Below, in pieces: positions 25,263 through 39,354 of a stretch of DNA of 64,000 nucleotides; position 1 is the first letter of the stretch, and each line of letters starts with the position of its first letter. A program made the translations under genes and the position numbers. This DNA is from Eledone cirrhosa (Eukaryota). The DNA lies in assembly GCA_964016885.1 (NCBI GenBank), contig OZ024742.1:213218001-213282000 (forward strand), read 5' to 3'. The notes below the pieces were generated by a model, which had not been told where the DNA came from, ran no database searches, and was given only the letters and a program-made list of their open reading frames with translations.

Positions 25263-26440
25263 TCTTACTGAATAAGTTTGGCGCTTTTCGATCCCAGTTC
25301 AGATGACGCTATGATCTATATGTCCATAGACATTTTAACCACATGCCCATAGTATCGGGGCTGTGATCTCTCAATTCGGAGATGTAGCGACTCTACTTGG
25401 AGTGACTCTCTGATCCACTAATGTTACTCGAAAGTCCTTTCGGAGGAACCCGACTTCGGCCGCTTGTATTCGCGATCGTATTCTTTCCGTCATTATCTAA
25501 GGGTTGGCATGAATACTGAATTGAAGATAGCGAGTTTGGCTTTTACGCCTACCTCCTTTCTCCTGATTATCGAATAATGAATAATAACAAGCGTGTGGCA
25601 CAAAGGAGTCTATCTTTTTTAATACAACCATAAAACTGTTTCGTGCTGTGTCAACTGGGTTGAAACGTAATTAATTTACGTTGCTAAATCTGTTCAAGTT
25701 ACGGTGTTGGTTTCCTAATTTTCTAGGACTTAAGTCACAGCAAGTGGCTTTAATACTGTTATGTATAGTATATATGAAGGCTGGTGGCTTAGTGGTTGGG
25801 GTGTTTGGCAAATAATTGGAAGATCATGAGTTCGACTCCAAGACAATATATATCACACTGCTCCAGTTCATAGATTTTAGGTGTAAATCAAAGGACCAGC
25901 CGTGTCACACACTGTAACACGCTGAATCTTCCTGCGAAAGGCTCAGCTGCATGCATGTTGATATCACGAGCATACTGTTCCATTGACAAAACAGCTGGAA
26001 CATCCGTCCTCGAAAGTGATCGAGAACCAACACACAACACACACACACAGTATATATTATATACATTGGAACGGCATGGAGAAATTGGCACCAGTGACGT
26101 CGCAGCTCATTTCTACAGCTGAGTAAACTGGAGCAATGTGAAATAAAGTGTCTTGCTCAAGAACACAACGCATCAACCGGTCCGAGAATCGAATTCACAA
26201 CCCCACAATTGCAAGCCCAAAGCTCCAACCACTAAGCCATGCGCCTTCACATACTTACATACATACATACATGCATGCATACATATATACATACATACAT
26301 GCATGCATGTATGTATGTATGTATGTATGTATGTATGTATGTATGTATGTATGTATGTATGTATGTATGTATGTATGTATGTATGGAAGTATGTATGTAT
26401 GTATGTATGTATGTATGTATGTATGTATGTATGTATGTAT

Positions 26441-29072
26441 GTTCTGGCTTTATAATTTCACAAATTTTTACCAATACAGAGAGGGTCGGTTTCTAACATA
26501 GATACAAGACTCTCTCATTTGAATTTACACATCAACTAGGTAGATATGAATGTATGTCTGCATGCATGTGCAGGTATGGATGTTATTGTATGTGTGGATG
26601 TGGATGTTTTCAGTTATGTGTGCATGTGCATACGCTTTGTATCTGAACATGTGTATATGCAGTTATTAGCTGCAAAATAGTTGGAATGTTTTATATATTT
26701 TTACTGTTCCATTAATGGATTCTACTTGTAATTTCCTAACTAGTTGTGTTCTTTCTGTTTCTGGGAAGCCCAGTTTCTAAAGATTTTTATTGAGGCAGTT
26801 ACTAACATACCCCAGTGCCCCAATAATCACAGGCATAAATCTGAAGATATAGTCAGGGCAGAGTGTCTGCAGATTTCTCATTAATTCTGCATAAATATTC
26901 TCCTTTTCGATAATCTTTGATATTATATTGGCATCTGCTGGGCTGCTAACTTCTACTACTGTGCATGCCTTCTTTCCCTGTCCCATATCATTATATCTGG
27001 TCTGTTATGCCTGCATTTTATTGGGGTTTTTACTGGAACATTCCACCAATACTCTTTCATATTATGTATATCCATGTCTTCCACATTGCTGTAGCTTTTA
27101 ATGTGTTTATTATCAGGGCTAGCTTTTCTACTGATTGCACTGTACAGTGTTTGGGCCACTACATCATGCCTCATAGGTAGATAGTACCGCGATGACATCT
27201 TTGGACAGCTGCTTATGACATGGGTGACACCTTCGATGTTAATTCTGCAGAGTCTGCACTTGTTGTCACATCTAGGTGTTTTGCCTGCATCCCTATCTTT
27301 TTTGTGAATCAGGTATTTTGTGTTGATTCCTGTTCTTGGATTGCAAAAGCGTATCCTTCAAAGTTGGAGTCAATATAGTGGTTGTTGGTCCAAGATAGAC
27401 TACTTTCCTTATCTATATTACTCTCACTCTGGAGCTTCCTGGCAACATATCCATGCTTGATTTTTTGCTGATAGGCATGCAGTTTTTCATCCCTGGATTC
27501 ACTGCGATACTGCTGGGCAACTTCCCTGGGTGTGAGTTTTTGATTATCACACAGGGAATATCTTTCAAGGAGTTCCTTCCCAACTCTCATGATCTTATAT
27601 ATCTCATGCAGATAGACTTGCTCGATAGATGGGCTCCTACACTTCAAGGTAGGTTCGTAGATGTTGTCGGAGGGATATGATGCGACATTCAAATGCTGTC
27701 TGGTCTGGACTGATGTTAGGCCTCTGCTTCCATTTCAAGTAAAGGCGGTCTATGTCACTGTTGATGTGGAAGTTTCCGGTGTTGTTTAGTATTGTTCGAG
27801 TTCTAACATCAATTGCTCGGATTTCGGTCAATTGAGTATTCCAAACGCTGGTGTTAAGAAAGGCACTGCAAACACATTGTGAGCCACTGTTTTATTGTGC
27901 GCAGAGAGTTCCGATGACCATATTTTTTCCAAATATGGTGTAATATTCCCGCGTTCCTTATACATATACCATTATAGGATATGTTTTCATCTATCCCCAG
28001 GTATCTGTATTTTTGGAATGTTTTATATATTTTTTACTGTTCCATTAATGGATTGTACTTGTAATTTTCTAACTAGTTATGTTCTTTCTGTTCCTGTGAA
28101 GCCTAGCTTCTCAAGATTTGTATTGAGGCAGTTACTAACATATCCCAGTGCCCCAATAATCACAGGCAAAAATCTGAAGGTGTAATCAGAGTGGAGTATC
28201 TGCAGATTTCTCATCAGTTGTGCATAAATATTCTCCTTTTCGCTAATCTTTGATATTATATTGGCATCTGCTGGGCAGATAATTTCCACTACTGTGCATG
28301 CTTTCTTCTCCCTGTCCCATATCATAATATCTGGTCTGTTGTGCCTGCATTTTATTGGGGTTTTTACTGGGACATTCCAACAGTACTCTTTCATATTATG
28401 TTCGTGGATGTTAGTTCTGAAGAGTCTGCACTTGTCATCACATCTAGGTGTTTTGCCTGCACCCCTATCTCCTTTGTGAATCAGGTATTTCGTGTTAATC
28501 TCCTGTTCTTGGATTGCAAAAGCGTATCCTTCAAAGTGGGAGCCAAGATAGCGGTTGTTGGTCCAAGATAGACTACTTTACTTATCTATATTACTCTCAC
28601 TCTGGAGCTTGCTGGCAACATGTCCATGCATGATTTTTTGCTGATAAGCATGCAGTTTTTCATCCATGTATGTGTGTGTATGTATATATGTATGTATGTT
28701 CTTCTGGCTTTATAATTTCACAAAGAGAGAGAGTCGGTTTCTAAAATAGACACAATACTCTCTCATTGGAATTTACACAACATCAACTAGGTAGATATGT
28801 ATGTATGCATGCATGTGTAGATATGGATGTTATTGTATGTGTGGATATGTATATTTTGAGTTGTATTTGAGCATGTGTATATGCTTTGTATCTGTACATG
28901 TGTATATGCAGTTATTAGATGCAACATTTTTGGAATGTTTTACATATTTTTACTGTTCCATTAATGGATTGTACTTGTAGTTTCCTAAATAGTTTTGTTC
29001 TTTCTGTTCCTGTGAAGCCTAGCTTCTCAAGATTTGTATTGAGGCAGTTACTAACATATCCCAGTGCCCCAA
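26441..29072 (-). mobile_element. Three stacked, truncated R4/Dong-clade LINE copies (about 26441-28000, 28005-28667, 28700-29072)
   Basis: FEGYAFAIQEQE; MRHDVVA; CRHNRPDIMIWD..VVEIICPAD..KENIY..PVIIGALG (PD-(D/E)xK endonuclease). Confidence 0.88.
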
Positions 29073-29166
29073 ATGTATGTATGTATGTATGTATGTATGT
29101 ATGTATGTATGTATGTATGTATGTATGTATGTATGTATGTATGTATGTATGTATGTATGTATGTAT

Positions 29167-29420
29167 GCCAGTTTAGTCGCCAACGACCCGACCATGAGAC
29201 AGGTTGTACTGGGATACATGTTACCAGTAGCACCAAGGTTTCTTGGTGAGGAGGGTGACTTTGGACATCCTGCAGGACTAAAAATAAAACCTGTCAAAGG
29301 GCAAAGGAGCTCTTAAGAGTCAGTGGCCATCCAAAATCACCGGGAGAGATGACCCCTTAGCCTTTGTCAAGGCAGAATTCTAGGAGAAGGAAAACTCTGA
29401 TATAACACCTGCATCCCTGA
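29167..29420 (+). mobile_element. Possible RTE-type LINE 5' UTR fragment
   Basis: Contains CTAGGAGAAGGAAAACTCTGA, recalled as typical of RTE 5' UTRs; not verified. Confidence 0.45.
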
Positions 29421-29834
29421 TGGTATCCAATGATGTTGACTTGTTCTTCTTTTTGGTAAATATCATCTTGGTTAAGAGAGTGGGACTGGCTTTGTGCAGT
29501 GCCTTTGCTCACTATAAAAGCTTCACGGCACAGGCATTGCTTTATATCTGGAGATATCTCTGCACTTGTCGTCACATGGTACCATGGGCCCAGCACTATG
29601 TGTCAATAATTGTCACAAGTGTAGTGTTTGTACCAGAGTTTTCAAGTCGCTGGCTGGACTAAAAAGTCACACTCATTCAGCGCATCGGTAGGGATTCTCC
29701 TACATGGATATAAAGTAGTGGCCGTACTCGAAAACGAGTTGGCAGCCACCATGTATGTATGTATGTATGTATGTATGTATGTATGTATGTATGTATGTAT
29801 GTATGTATGTATGTATGTTTGTATGTTTGTATCT

Positions 29835-31465
29835 ATGTTTCTCTTTCTCTCAATTTCGATTACATTTTGGACCGGCCACCTTCCTGATGGCAAGGTTGTA
29901 AAAGAAAAGAAATTGTCATCCCTTGAATCGCAAGAAAGTTTTGCTATCGCAGCCACTTGTAGTCTATGAATTAGGGAGCTGCGCTCTTTGTCAACAAATC
30001 CAAGTTCAGTCATACTTTGGTCCAAGCGGATTGGTATATAAACTGTAGCTCCAATAATAATAATGAGTATGAGACTGAAGGTGTATCTTGGATACTGGTC
30101 TGCAAACTCCTCATCAATTGTTCGTAGATGTATGTCCTCCTTCTGTTGTATTTTTCTTACAACGTTGACATCAAGTGAGCAGCTGATCTCTACAACAGAG
30201 CACGTTTTCAATGTGTGGTCCCAAACAACAATATCAGGCCGGCTGTGCTTTAATTTGGTGACAGTTTTTATTTTCAGTATCCACCAGTATTCTTTAGAGC
30301 CATCTATCTCAACATATTCCTACTCATTTGTTTTTAATCTTGTTTTCGTAAGTGCCCTCCAGATGGTGTTAGCTATCACATCGTGTCTCATAGGGAGGTA
30401 GTAGCGAGACGACATTCTTTCACAGTTGGCAACAATGTGGCTAACATCTTCGATCTTTGTTTTTTTAGATAGCCTACATTTATTGTCGACTGATGACCCT
30501 CCACTTTTGTGTAGCAGATATTTGGTAGGGATTTCTTGTTCCTTTATAGCATAGGGATATCATTCAAGGTGGGATGTCATAAACTTGTAGGAACTCCATG
30601 CCAGGCTTTTTGAATGATTTATCCTCTCTATGGTCTGTGTTTTTCGTCTCAGGTACCCATACACAACTTTCTCTGTAAATTGGTCCATTTATTTTGTTCG
30701 AGCATTGAATAGGATCTTCCAATGTCCCAGGGAGAGAGATTTATATCAGGCCTTATTCCATGTCCCTCCTCCAGATCAGTGGCTATCCTAATGATATTAT
30801 TTCCTTCGTGCTCATAAGATGGTTGCTGACCCTTTTCTACTGTTGAAGATGTTGCTTCAGTGTTACTGTCCGGGTCTCGTATGATGTTAATATAGATTTT
30901 AGACCCCGGCCACGTTCCTTGCGTGAGAAGTATAGCTTATCAACATCACCATTGATGTTAAAGTTTCCAGTAACACTGAGAAGCTTGCGAGTTCTAACAT
31001 CCATCTCAGTTCTTGCAATGACCAGTTCAGCAGGCTAAATGTTGGCGTTAGGATTGGCACAGCATAAGTATTGTGGGCAATGTATTTGTTGAACACTGAT
31101 AGTTCTGATGACCATATTTTCTTTACTCTCCTGAGTTATTCAGTTCTGGTTCTCTCCTTATTTATGGATCCATGATATCTGACGTTCTCATCTTGTCCAA
31201 GATATCTGTAGTTGTCACCTGACTGTAGAGGTTATATTGTCAAGCTGTTCATCTCTAGATTTTCAGAGGAGGGCACAACCCTTCCACGTTTTATTGTCAA
31301 ATATGCACATTTGGACTCACCAAATTTCATTCTGATGTCTGCAGAAAATTGTGTAATGAGGTCCAATTATTTTTTTATATAGTTGGTATTTGACCCATAC
31401 AACTTCAGGTCATCAACAAAGAAAATATGGGAGATACTTCTGGACCCACTTCTATGACCACTTTG
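29835..31465 (-). mobile_element. R4/Dong-clade LINE, second subfamily, decayed
   Basis: NKYIAHNTYAVPILTPTF; TCSVVEISCSLDVNVVRKIQQKEDI; 3' end at (CATA)n. Confidence 0.82.
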
Positions 31466-31526
31466 TTTTGTATGTATGTATGTATGTATGTATGTATGTA
31501 TGTATGTATGTATGTATGTATGTATG

Positions 31527-31650
31527 TTCTTCTGGTTTTATAATTTCACAAATTTTTACTAATAGAGAGAGAGTCGGTTTCTAACGTAGACACAAGATTC
31601 TCTCATTGGAAGTTACACATCAACTAGGTAGATATGTATGTATGCATGTA
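31527..31650 (-). mobile_element. R4-clade 3' tip at (CATA)n
   Basis: Same 3' UTR as the copies at 26441 and 28700. Confidence 0.8.
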
Positions 31651-32168
31651 TGTGGGTATGTGTGTATATGTGAATGTGTGTGTATGTATGTATTCGTATG
31701 CATGTGTGTTCGTATGTGTGTGTATGTGTATATGTATATATATATGTATGTATGTGTGTGTGCAAGTAACACTTGTTAAACCGTACTAATAGGGGTGGAA
31801 GGTTGTTTATTTTAGTTGGTTGTCCGAGTTAACCGATGGCTAAAGTAAACATTGTATACGCATATAATATTGAAAATGTACACTGGCCACTGAACATGAT
31901 ACACAGTAACGATATTATATAAATTATTGTAAACATCGTGTAACTATATAGAATATAAATATATAGGGTGGGGAAAAAGTCATTTCTTACCTATTTTTAT
32001 TAATAAAACATTACTAATTAACTCAAAACTAATTTCTTTATCTTTAAATTAAATTTCACAATTGAATCTTGTTTTATTCAACTTTAATCTGAAAGAAAAA
32101 GAATGATATTTTAATAATAAAAATAATCTATGATGTTTTAATAATTGGAGGTGACTGTTGATCTAGCC

Positions 32169-32535
32169 TGTATATATTATGAAATAAATTAGTATTACCG
32201 TATATATTATGAAATAAATTAGTATTACTGTATATATTATGAAATAAATTAGTATTACTGTATATATTACAAAATAAATTAGTATTACTGTATATATTAT
32301 AAAATAAATTAGTATTACTGTATATATTATAAAATAAATTAGTATTACCGTATATATTATAAAATAAATTAGTATTACTGTATATATTATAAAATAAATT
32401 AGTATTACTGTATATATTATAAAATAAATTAGTATTACTGTATATATTATAAAATAAATTAGTATTATTGTATATATTATAAAATAAATTAGTATTACTG
32501 TATATATTATAAAATAAATTATTATTACTGTATAT
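32169..32535. repeat. 30-bp AT-rich minisatellite, about 12 copies
   Basis: Unit TGTATATATTATAAAATAAATTAGTATTAC. Confidence 0.95.
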
Positions 32536-33067
32536 AAGAATTTAAATATTAATACCATAAATTGTAAAGATGAGATTAGGTTGCATCCGACTTGCAGATC
32601 TTTCGTTTCATTGATGAGGCACTGAATCAACAGAAGGTGGATCATTAATCGTATGTTTCACACAATCTGAAAAAAAGAAAATCATTTCCTTTATTCTATT
32701 TGGGGATGGTCATTTTCTCAATAAAACACACCTATTTGACTTTCTCTTCAGTTTTATTATTATTAGTAACTGGTTATTTTGTCAAAGCTCTTTTGTCACC
32801 CATTCTGTGACCTCTTCAATAACTATTTGTTCTTATCTGTATCTCCTCTTCTTTCCAGCATTATTCTGTTTACTCCATCTTGTCTTTTTGTGGTAAATAA
32901 AGACACATGCACTCTTTGACTTTCACTTCCATCGATAATCTAAGAAATATATATTAGATAAAAAACAAATTACATCCACGTCGTTAGCTATAGTGACGTG
33001 GGTGTATTTTGTCTGTTTTTTATAGTAGTTTGTTTTTTAACAATAGCTATAGTTCTCAGTATATCAG

Positions 33068-33162
<95 letters not shown>

Positions 33163-33859
33163 TGTGTGTGTGTGTGTGTCTGTGTGTGTGTTTATGTCAG
33201 TAACATACTGTAAGTAAATGTTCTTACCTATGGTCACGAATCTTAGGTAATGAACGAAAAAATACGATCAGGAATACAAGCGGTCGAAATGGGATTCATC
33301 CAAAAAGTCTTTAAAGTAACGTTAGTCGATAGAGTTCGTAGCTCGGAGATCAAAAATCACCCCAGGTAGAACCGCTACTCCAAATTGAGAGATCACAGCT
33401 CCGACACTATGGGTATGTAGTCAGAATGTCTCAGGAAAGAATCGCTGGACAGATTCTGCTTCTTCTTTCCACCAACACATAAGTAAATAACATTCTCTTC
33501 CTTCAGTCTCTGAGCGTTACTACTTCTCACTTTTATCAACACACAAGTAAGTAGTCTTCACTTTCTTTTGTCTGACGCCGTTATTACACCCCTCATATAT
33601 ATCTTTTTGTATAAGTGTCTATATTAGTTGGAATATATAGAATTTTATTTTGTAGTAAGCGATCGATTAGCTTATGCTTAAACTATACCACTTTTTACCT
33701 TGAACTTCTTACAAATCACTGTGAATTTTCTAAAATTCGATATATATCATTTAAAAATAATTCAGTCCTAATTAGTTAATATGTCCTCCTCTTTATTTGA
33801 TTGTCTCTTTATTTCAGATGTCACCACCATGACTGAAGCTTAAGTATCAGTCCACTTTG

Positions 33860-34050
33860 TAGTTCCGGCCAACAGGATGGAGAGGACATTGTCCCGGAGG
33901 ATGGGAGGAAGACGCGCTAGAACAGCCACTCTCTCACGTGGGACTCGCACATGCGGGTTGCCATCTCTGCTCCGATACTAGTGGGTAAGGATGTTGTCCG
34001 GGGATGAAGAACGCCAGAAGTCTCCACTGCCACAGGCTCAATCACAAACC
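33860..34050 (-). mobile_element. CRE-clade 3' fragment
   Basis: IEPVAVETSGVLHPRTTSL..IGAEMA..EWLF. Confidence 0.75.
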
Positions 34051-34396
34051 CATCAAACAGCAGCCGAAAGTGATTTCCTCCAAAATCCATGATAGATGTC
34101 AACGAACAAATTATGGCAATTAACATTTGGCTGTTTAGTCTTTGCATCCTTCTCACTAGTATTGAATGAAACAAGTTTGTTGTCAATGTTATCATGATGC
34201 TGTTTAGTTCTTGGGTATTTATATATTTTTCTAAATACATAATTTTGATGTTGTCAGTGCTTTTATTTCATACCTAAGGAAAATACTGCGAAAAACTATA
34301 ACACTATTAGGTGTTCATTCCTTAACACACACACACACACACACACACGTATATGGATACAGACGCGCATACATATACAAATTATATATTATATAT

Positions 34397-37300
34397 AATG
34401 GTTTCATTTATTGGCCACAAGGCCGACATATAGGGGACTATACAATAGACGGGGACAGTGGGGTTTTTACACACAAATTGAGTAAAATATAGGAAAACAA
34501 TAGCAATAAACAAGAAAAATACAACAATGAATATTCCCCAATAGGGGGGGGGGGATAACCACCCAGTGTTAACTCAGGTAACCCACCAATCCTAAAACCA
34601 CCCGACGTTTCGAGGACACCCAGGAAGGGCACCTCTCTCTTCCTCAAATCCACCAGCCTAAGGCGCATGATCTGAGTAGGCCCACTCACACGGGCCATTC
34701 TCGCCACATTCACCCACCTTTCAGCAAATGTACTGGGGGGAAGCACTTCTCTCTCCACCTTCACCTTCCTTTCCAGCTGAAATTTAAAAAGCTGATGAGG
34801 GATTGTTGGCCGAAGACAAAAGTGTCTGTCTTCAGTCCTTTCAACCTGGTCCACCATGCAACCTCTTTCGCAACTGCCACCAGACAGAGAAATATTGCCT
34901 GCCCTTCCTGGCCAAAAGAAGGCGGCGGGTCGATCTTCACTATGGACTCGGCCGATAGCCGGATCCGTTCTACACGCTACAACAGCTGTTCGACATAACT
35001 CCATAAGTCAATAATTGTTTCTACTTTAGGCACAAGGCCAGCAAATACCCAGTGCATTACTGGTACTTTATTTTATCGACCCCGTAAGGATGAAAGGCAA
35101 AGTCAACCTCGGCGGGATTTGAACTCAGATCATAAAGGGACGTAACTATGCTGGAAAGCATGGCGTCCGACCTTCTACCGATTGCACGGACACTGGACGA
35201 GAGCGTGCAGAACGGTTTCGTCGCTCTGCGCGCATCTCGTGCAGATCCATCTGACAGCATTTCCGTGCCTGTAGAGTTTATCTAGAAGTTATCCATCGTC
35301 CCCGGCTTGAAAGTCCTGCGGTAATAGACTGGTCAGTTCGACTTGATCGACGCTCAGAGCCTCTCCGAGAGCGTCGTCACACTTCCCCACCAGTAATCCT
35401 CTATAGTGGAAGTTCCACTGACCGCATTGCTCGTCTAGTAGAAGTCAGTGAGTGCCTGGCAACATTCTAGATGCCAGTCAACCAGTCTCGGTCTCTTCTT
35501 GACCCAGGACTGCAGCTCAGTCAAAGAGACGAGCTGCAGAGAGGGTCCTCTGACAAACGGCGACGACAACTGTTCATCGTTTAGGCAGAATATCTGGAGA
35601 TGTCGCAGCCTCGGCGCATCATTAGCCACGGCATGCCCAGCCCTCCGCATAGAGGGTGCTGGTAGCTGATGGACCGCCTCACCAACAGAACCAACAGAGG
35701 AGCCGTTCCAACTTGGCGAGGCGTGGACGGAAGCAAGGCACGACGGTCAGGTGGTAGTAGATGACGTGATGTACACATTCGCCATTTCCGCCCGACCGTT
35801 CAGTGACAGCTTCCTCATAGCCCATTTCTGGGTGACACGGGCTACGTTGCTCGTCACCTCGTCCCAATGCTTATCCACCTGGAGATCTGGTCTGAACCAA
35901 ACTCCGAGAAGCTTTATAGGTCCGTCCGTGCAGCACCCAACGACGCTGTTGGGCGGCATGGATTTTCCTCTCCGGGTGCCGACCTGCAAGCCCACCAACT
36001 TTTCCGGGTTAAGTTTAAACTCCTGTCAACCTTTCATATTTCTCCAATAAGGTGCCGACCACCTCGATTTCCGAGGTGTCCAACACCATCACAGTGATGT
36101 CATCGGTATAAGCTGACAGCCTTTCCGCGTGCCGGTTCGATCGGGATGCCGTGCAACAGCTCCAGTTTCCTCAGTAAAGGCTCTAGAGTCAATACGTACA
36201 GAAGGGAGGAGAGAGGACATCCTTGACGGACCGATCGGGAGATCTGAAATGGTTCCGAGAGTTGGCCATTAACTTTGACCACCAAGCAGATGCTGCTGTG
36301 CATTGCAGCGATCCAGCTTCTGAAGACAGGGCCGAAGCCAGCTGGCTTGAGGACAGCCTCCAGGTATCGATGGTCGATCATATCGAAAGCTTTCTATTGA
36401 TATAAATTGATCAGAGCTCCACCGAAGCCAGGTTTACACCCTACCCTCTCTATGATGTATCGCATGCGGTGGAGGTTGTCGTGTATGGACCTGGTCAGGA
36501 TTGCGCAATGTTGCCCCTCCCCAACCAAATCTTCGACGACAAACGCCAACCTCTTCGCTAACACCTTGGCCAAAATCTTAAACTTGGTGCTGAGCAGAGT
36601 TATGGTCCTGAAGTTATCTAATGTGTCCCTCTTGTTCTCGTCTATGCTTATCAGCGTTACTACACCCCGGCTCACAGAACTGGGAATATTCCCGTTCTGC
36701 TGCTAATTGCAGTAGAGCGCTTCGAGGAGATCAGAGAACAAGCCTGGCATATTTACATAAAGCTAGTAGGGCAGACCATCCAAACCGGGTGACTTGCGCC
36801 TCGTACAGCTGACAGTTGAAGTTATCGGCCTTTTGTAGTTCTCAGCGTCGAGAGGCGCAGCAAGCCGTAGAGGTAGGGACTGAAGTCTGCTACCGTCTCT
36901 GACCCAATCACTCCCCCGAACAACCGAGAAAAGTGCTGGCGAAACGCCTCCCACATCCGCCTGGAATCTCTCAGCTCGTGTCCGTCTCTGTCTGTCAAAG
37001 ACCAATTGTGGTTTTATTACCACGCTGCAACTCTGCCACGCGGGCCTATCGAACAGCTTTGGTTCCCTCATTTCTCAGAGCACGCGCCTTAGCCCTGACA
37101 ATGTAACCTTCGTGTATCGCATTGAAAAAATGGTCTAATGCCATTCTCACCGCTAGCACGTCAGTTGCAAATCCACTACAAATAGCCTCATCGAACTTAG
37201 CTACCAGCTCCCTCTCCTTTCTATTTTTCTCTAACGCTCTTCTTTGCTAAACCCTATCGAAATTACTCTAATCTCTCTTTTGAAAGCCACCCACCATCTA

Positions 37301-39192
37301 TTGTTGACGACTCCCCCTGTCAACTTTTTCTTAACTAAATTGTTGACCCGGTCCCTGTAAGCCTTACGTGCCGGGAACGACATGTTCAGCTTCCAGTTCG
37401 GGGTGCTCACGTCCCAAGGAAAGCTCTCTCGAATTCCTTTGTAGGAATCAACCGACGTTCGCACCAGAAACAAATCTTTGGGCAGGCGAAATGTGCTCGA
37501 TTCAAAAATCTTCCCCTCTGTTTGAATTTCTTTTCTTCGTGCTACGAGGGCCATCAATTCCTTGTTGGCCCTTCTGACAAGCACGAAGTTTGGTATGTTT
37601 TGTTGGAGCGGTTTTATTTATTTAAGTGACTCTGGTGATGGTTTGGTTGGTGTTGTTTCAGTTGTGTTTGTTATGGGTGTGGTGTCTGCGGTTTCAGATG
37701 TTTGTGTGTATTTGTTCTTGAGTCTGTTGAGGTTGTTTGTGTTTGGGGGGATTCTGGTGATGGTGTTGGTGGTGTTGGTGTTGGCGTTGTTGGGGAGATG
37801 TTTGCGTGGGAGGTGTATGCATTTTTTTTATTGTGGGTGTTTTTGTGCTTTGTAGAGTTTTTTTTTCTTTGTGTGTTTTCTTTTTCGTTTTTTGTGTAGG
37901 GGGGGGGGATTTGGGTTTTTACTCACCTTCACTACTGGAAGACAAGGGTTCTGTGTCTGTGTGTGTGTTTGTTTTTGTTCATATTCGTATTTGGGAGGGG
38001 GGGGGGCTTTCCTCTTCCCCCTGGGAGGCCAATGTTGGTGGTGGCGTTTCCGTTGGTGTTGTTGCTGGTGGTTTTGCTGGTGCTGGTGTTGGTAGTGGTC
38101 CTTGCTCCGGCATCGGGAGCAGTAGAGACATTCGATCCCTTGTACCTTTCAGCAGTTGAGGTCAGAAGGCTCGCAGATGGGTTGTTTCTCCGCAAACGAA
38201 ACAATGCGGCCTTTACCCTTCAGTCATTATATGTACCACCGTCCTGTCCTGGAGACGGATGTCGTCCGGGATTTTGCTACATCCTCGGGCCTGATCTGGA
38301 GAAGTATCTCTGGCAGTTCTTGTAACCTATATCGGGACGGTATTCATACCCCCCCCCCCACACACACACAATCCCGCATCCCAGGAGCCACCACATATCA
38401 AGTCCTGATGGAATCCCGGGAATGCGGACACGAGCTGTTCGTTTTCCCACGAGGGAGGGGTACATTATGACCTTGCTGGTTTTGCAAGGAGTCATCGCAT
38501 GTTTCATAGCGAAATGGTGCCGTATTGTCTGCCCCTCGCTATGTACTCGGTGCCAACCCTGTTGCATCTCAGCGCGGCTTCAATATCTGTCTGGACAATT
38601 AAAGTCCCCTCTTTGTCTCTGCTGAAATTCATCTGAAATGCACCGTTCTACGCTCCACTGCTTCAATGGCTTCTGTCGTGACAGTTAAGTTGGCCCAGGT
38701 TTGCTCTTGTTTGATGAGCTTCCAGGCCGGGGCCAACTTTTCATCTTTAATCGTGAGGCCCATTCTGAAGCTTGGCAACCAGAATCCCCAAGGACGTTTA
38801 TTTCGATGTTTTTGTCGTCATCGTTACTGTAGTCTATATTTTGGTTGTCGCTGTTACAGCTGTTGTTGATATCATTTTTATTTAGGTTATTGTTCTCAAT
38901 GTTGCTGTTGTTGCTGTCGTTGTTTATGTTGTTGGTGTTTGTGGTATAAATGGTTGTGTTCGCCGTATTCCTCCTCTCAACGTTTAAGCCGATGTCACAC
39001 GACATCAGACTTACCGTTGGGGGGGCGTGACTCACCATGTTTCTTTTTTCGATAATTTTTTTTTATATACACAAAGTTCAAATATTTGGGCCAAAAGGGC
39101 CAAATATTATAGTGTTTCTCCTTCATAGGGCAAAAACCCTTTTGCAAAAAATATAGCAACTAATAGAATTGAAAAAATCTTGAAACTCACTA

Positions 39193-39195
<3 letters not shown>
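34397..39195 (-). mobile_element. Tx1/L1-clade LINE, near full length, decayed (SINE A inserted at 35010-35181)
   Basis: [19 protein letters not shown]; NFRTITLLST; SPGLDGLPY; KLSLNGRA; ORF1 remnants at 38100-39040; EN region largely deleted. Confidence 0.9.
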
Positions 39196-39232
<37 letters not shown>

Positions 39233-39354
39233 TATAGACCTATTTGATGTATGGGCTTATAAGCCACACCTCAATTTGGGCAGGCATTTAAAAAAAAAGA
39301 AACAAATTGGTTTAAACTACGAACGACAGGTGAAGTTTCTGCATTGATTTTTTA

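Noticed and set aside
32590-32637. Minus-strand CTGTTGA..GAAAGATCTG motif
   Set aside because: Core mismatch and G at the cleavage position
32163-32645. 160-aa hydrophobic ORF
   Set aside because: Product of the 30-bp minisatellite
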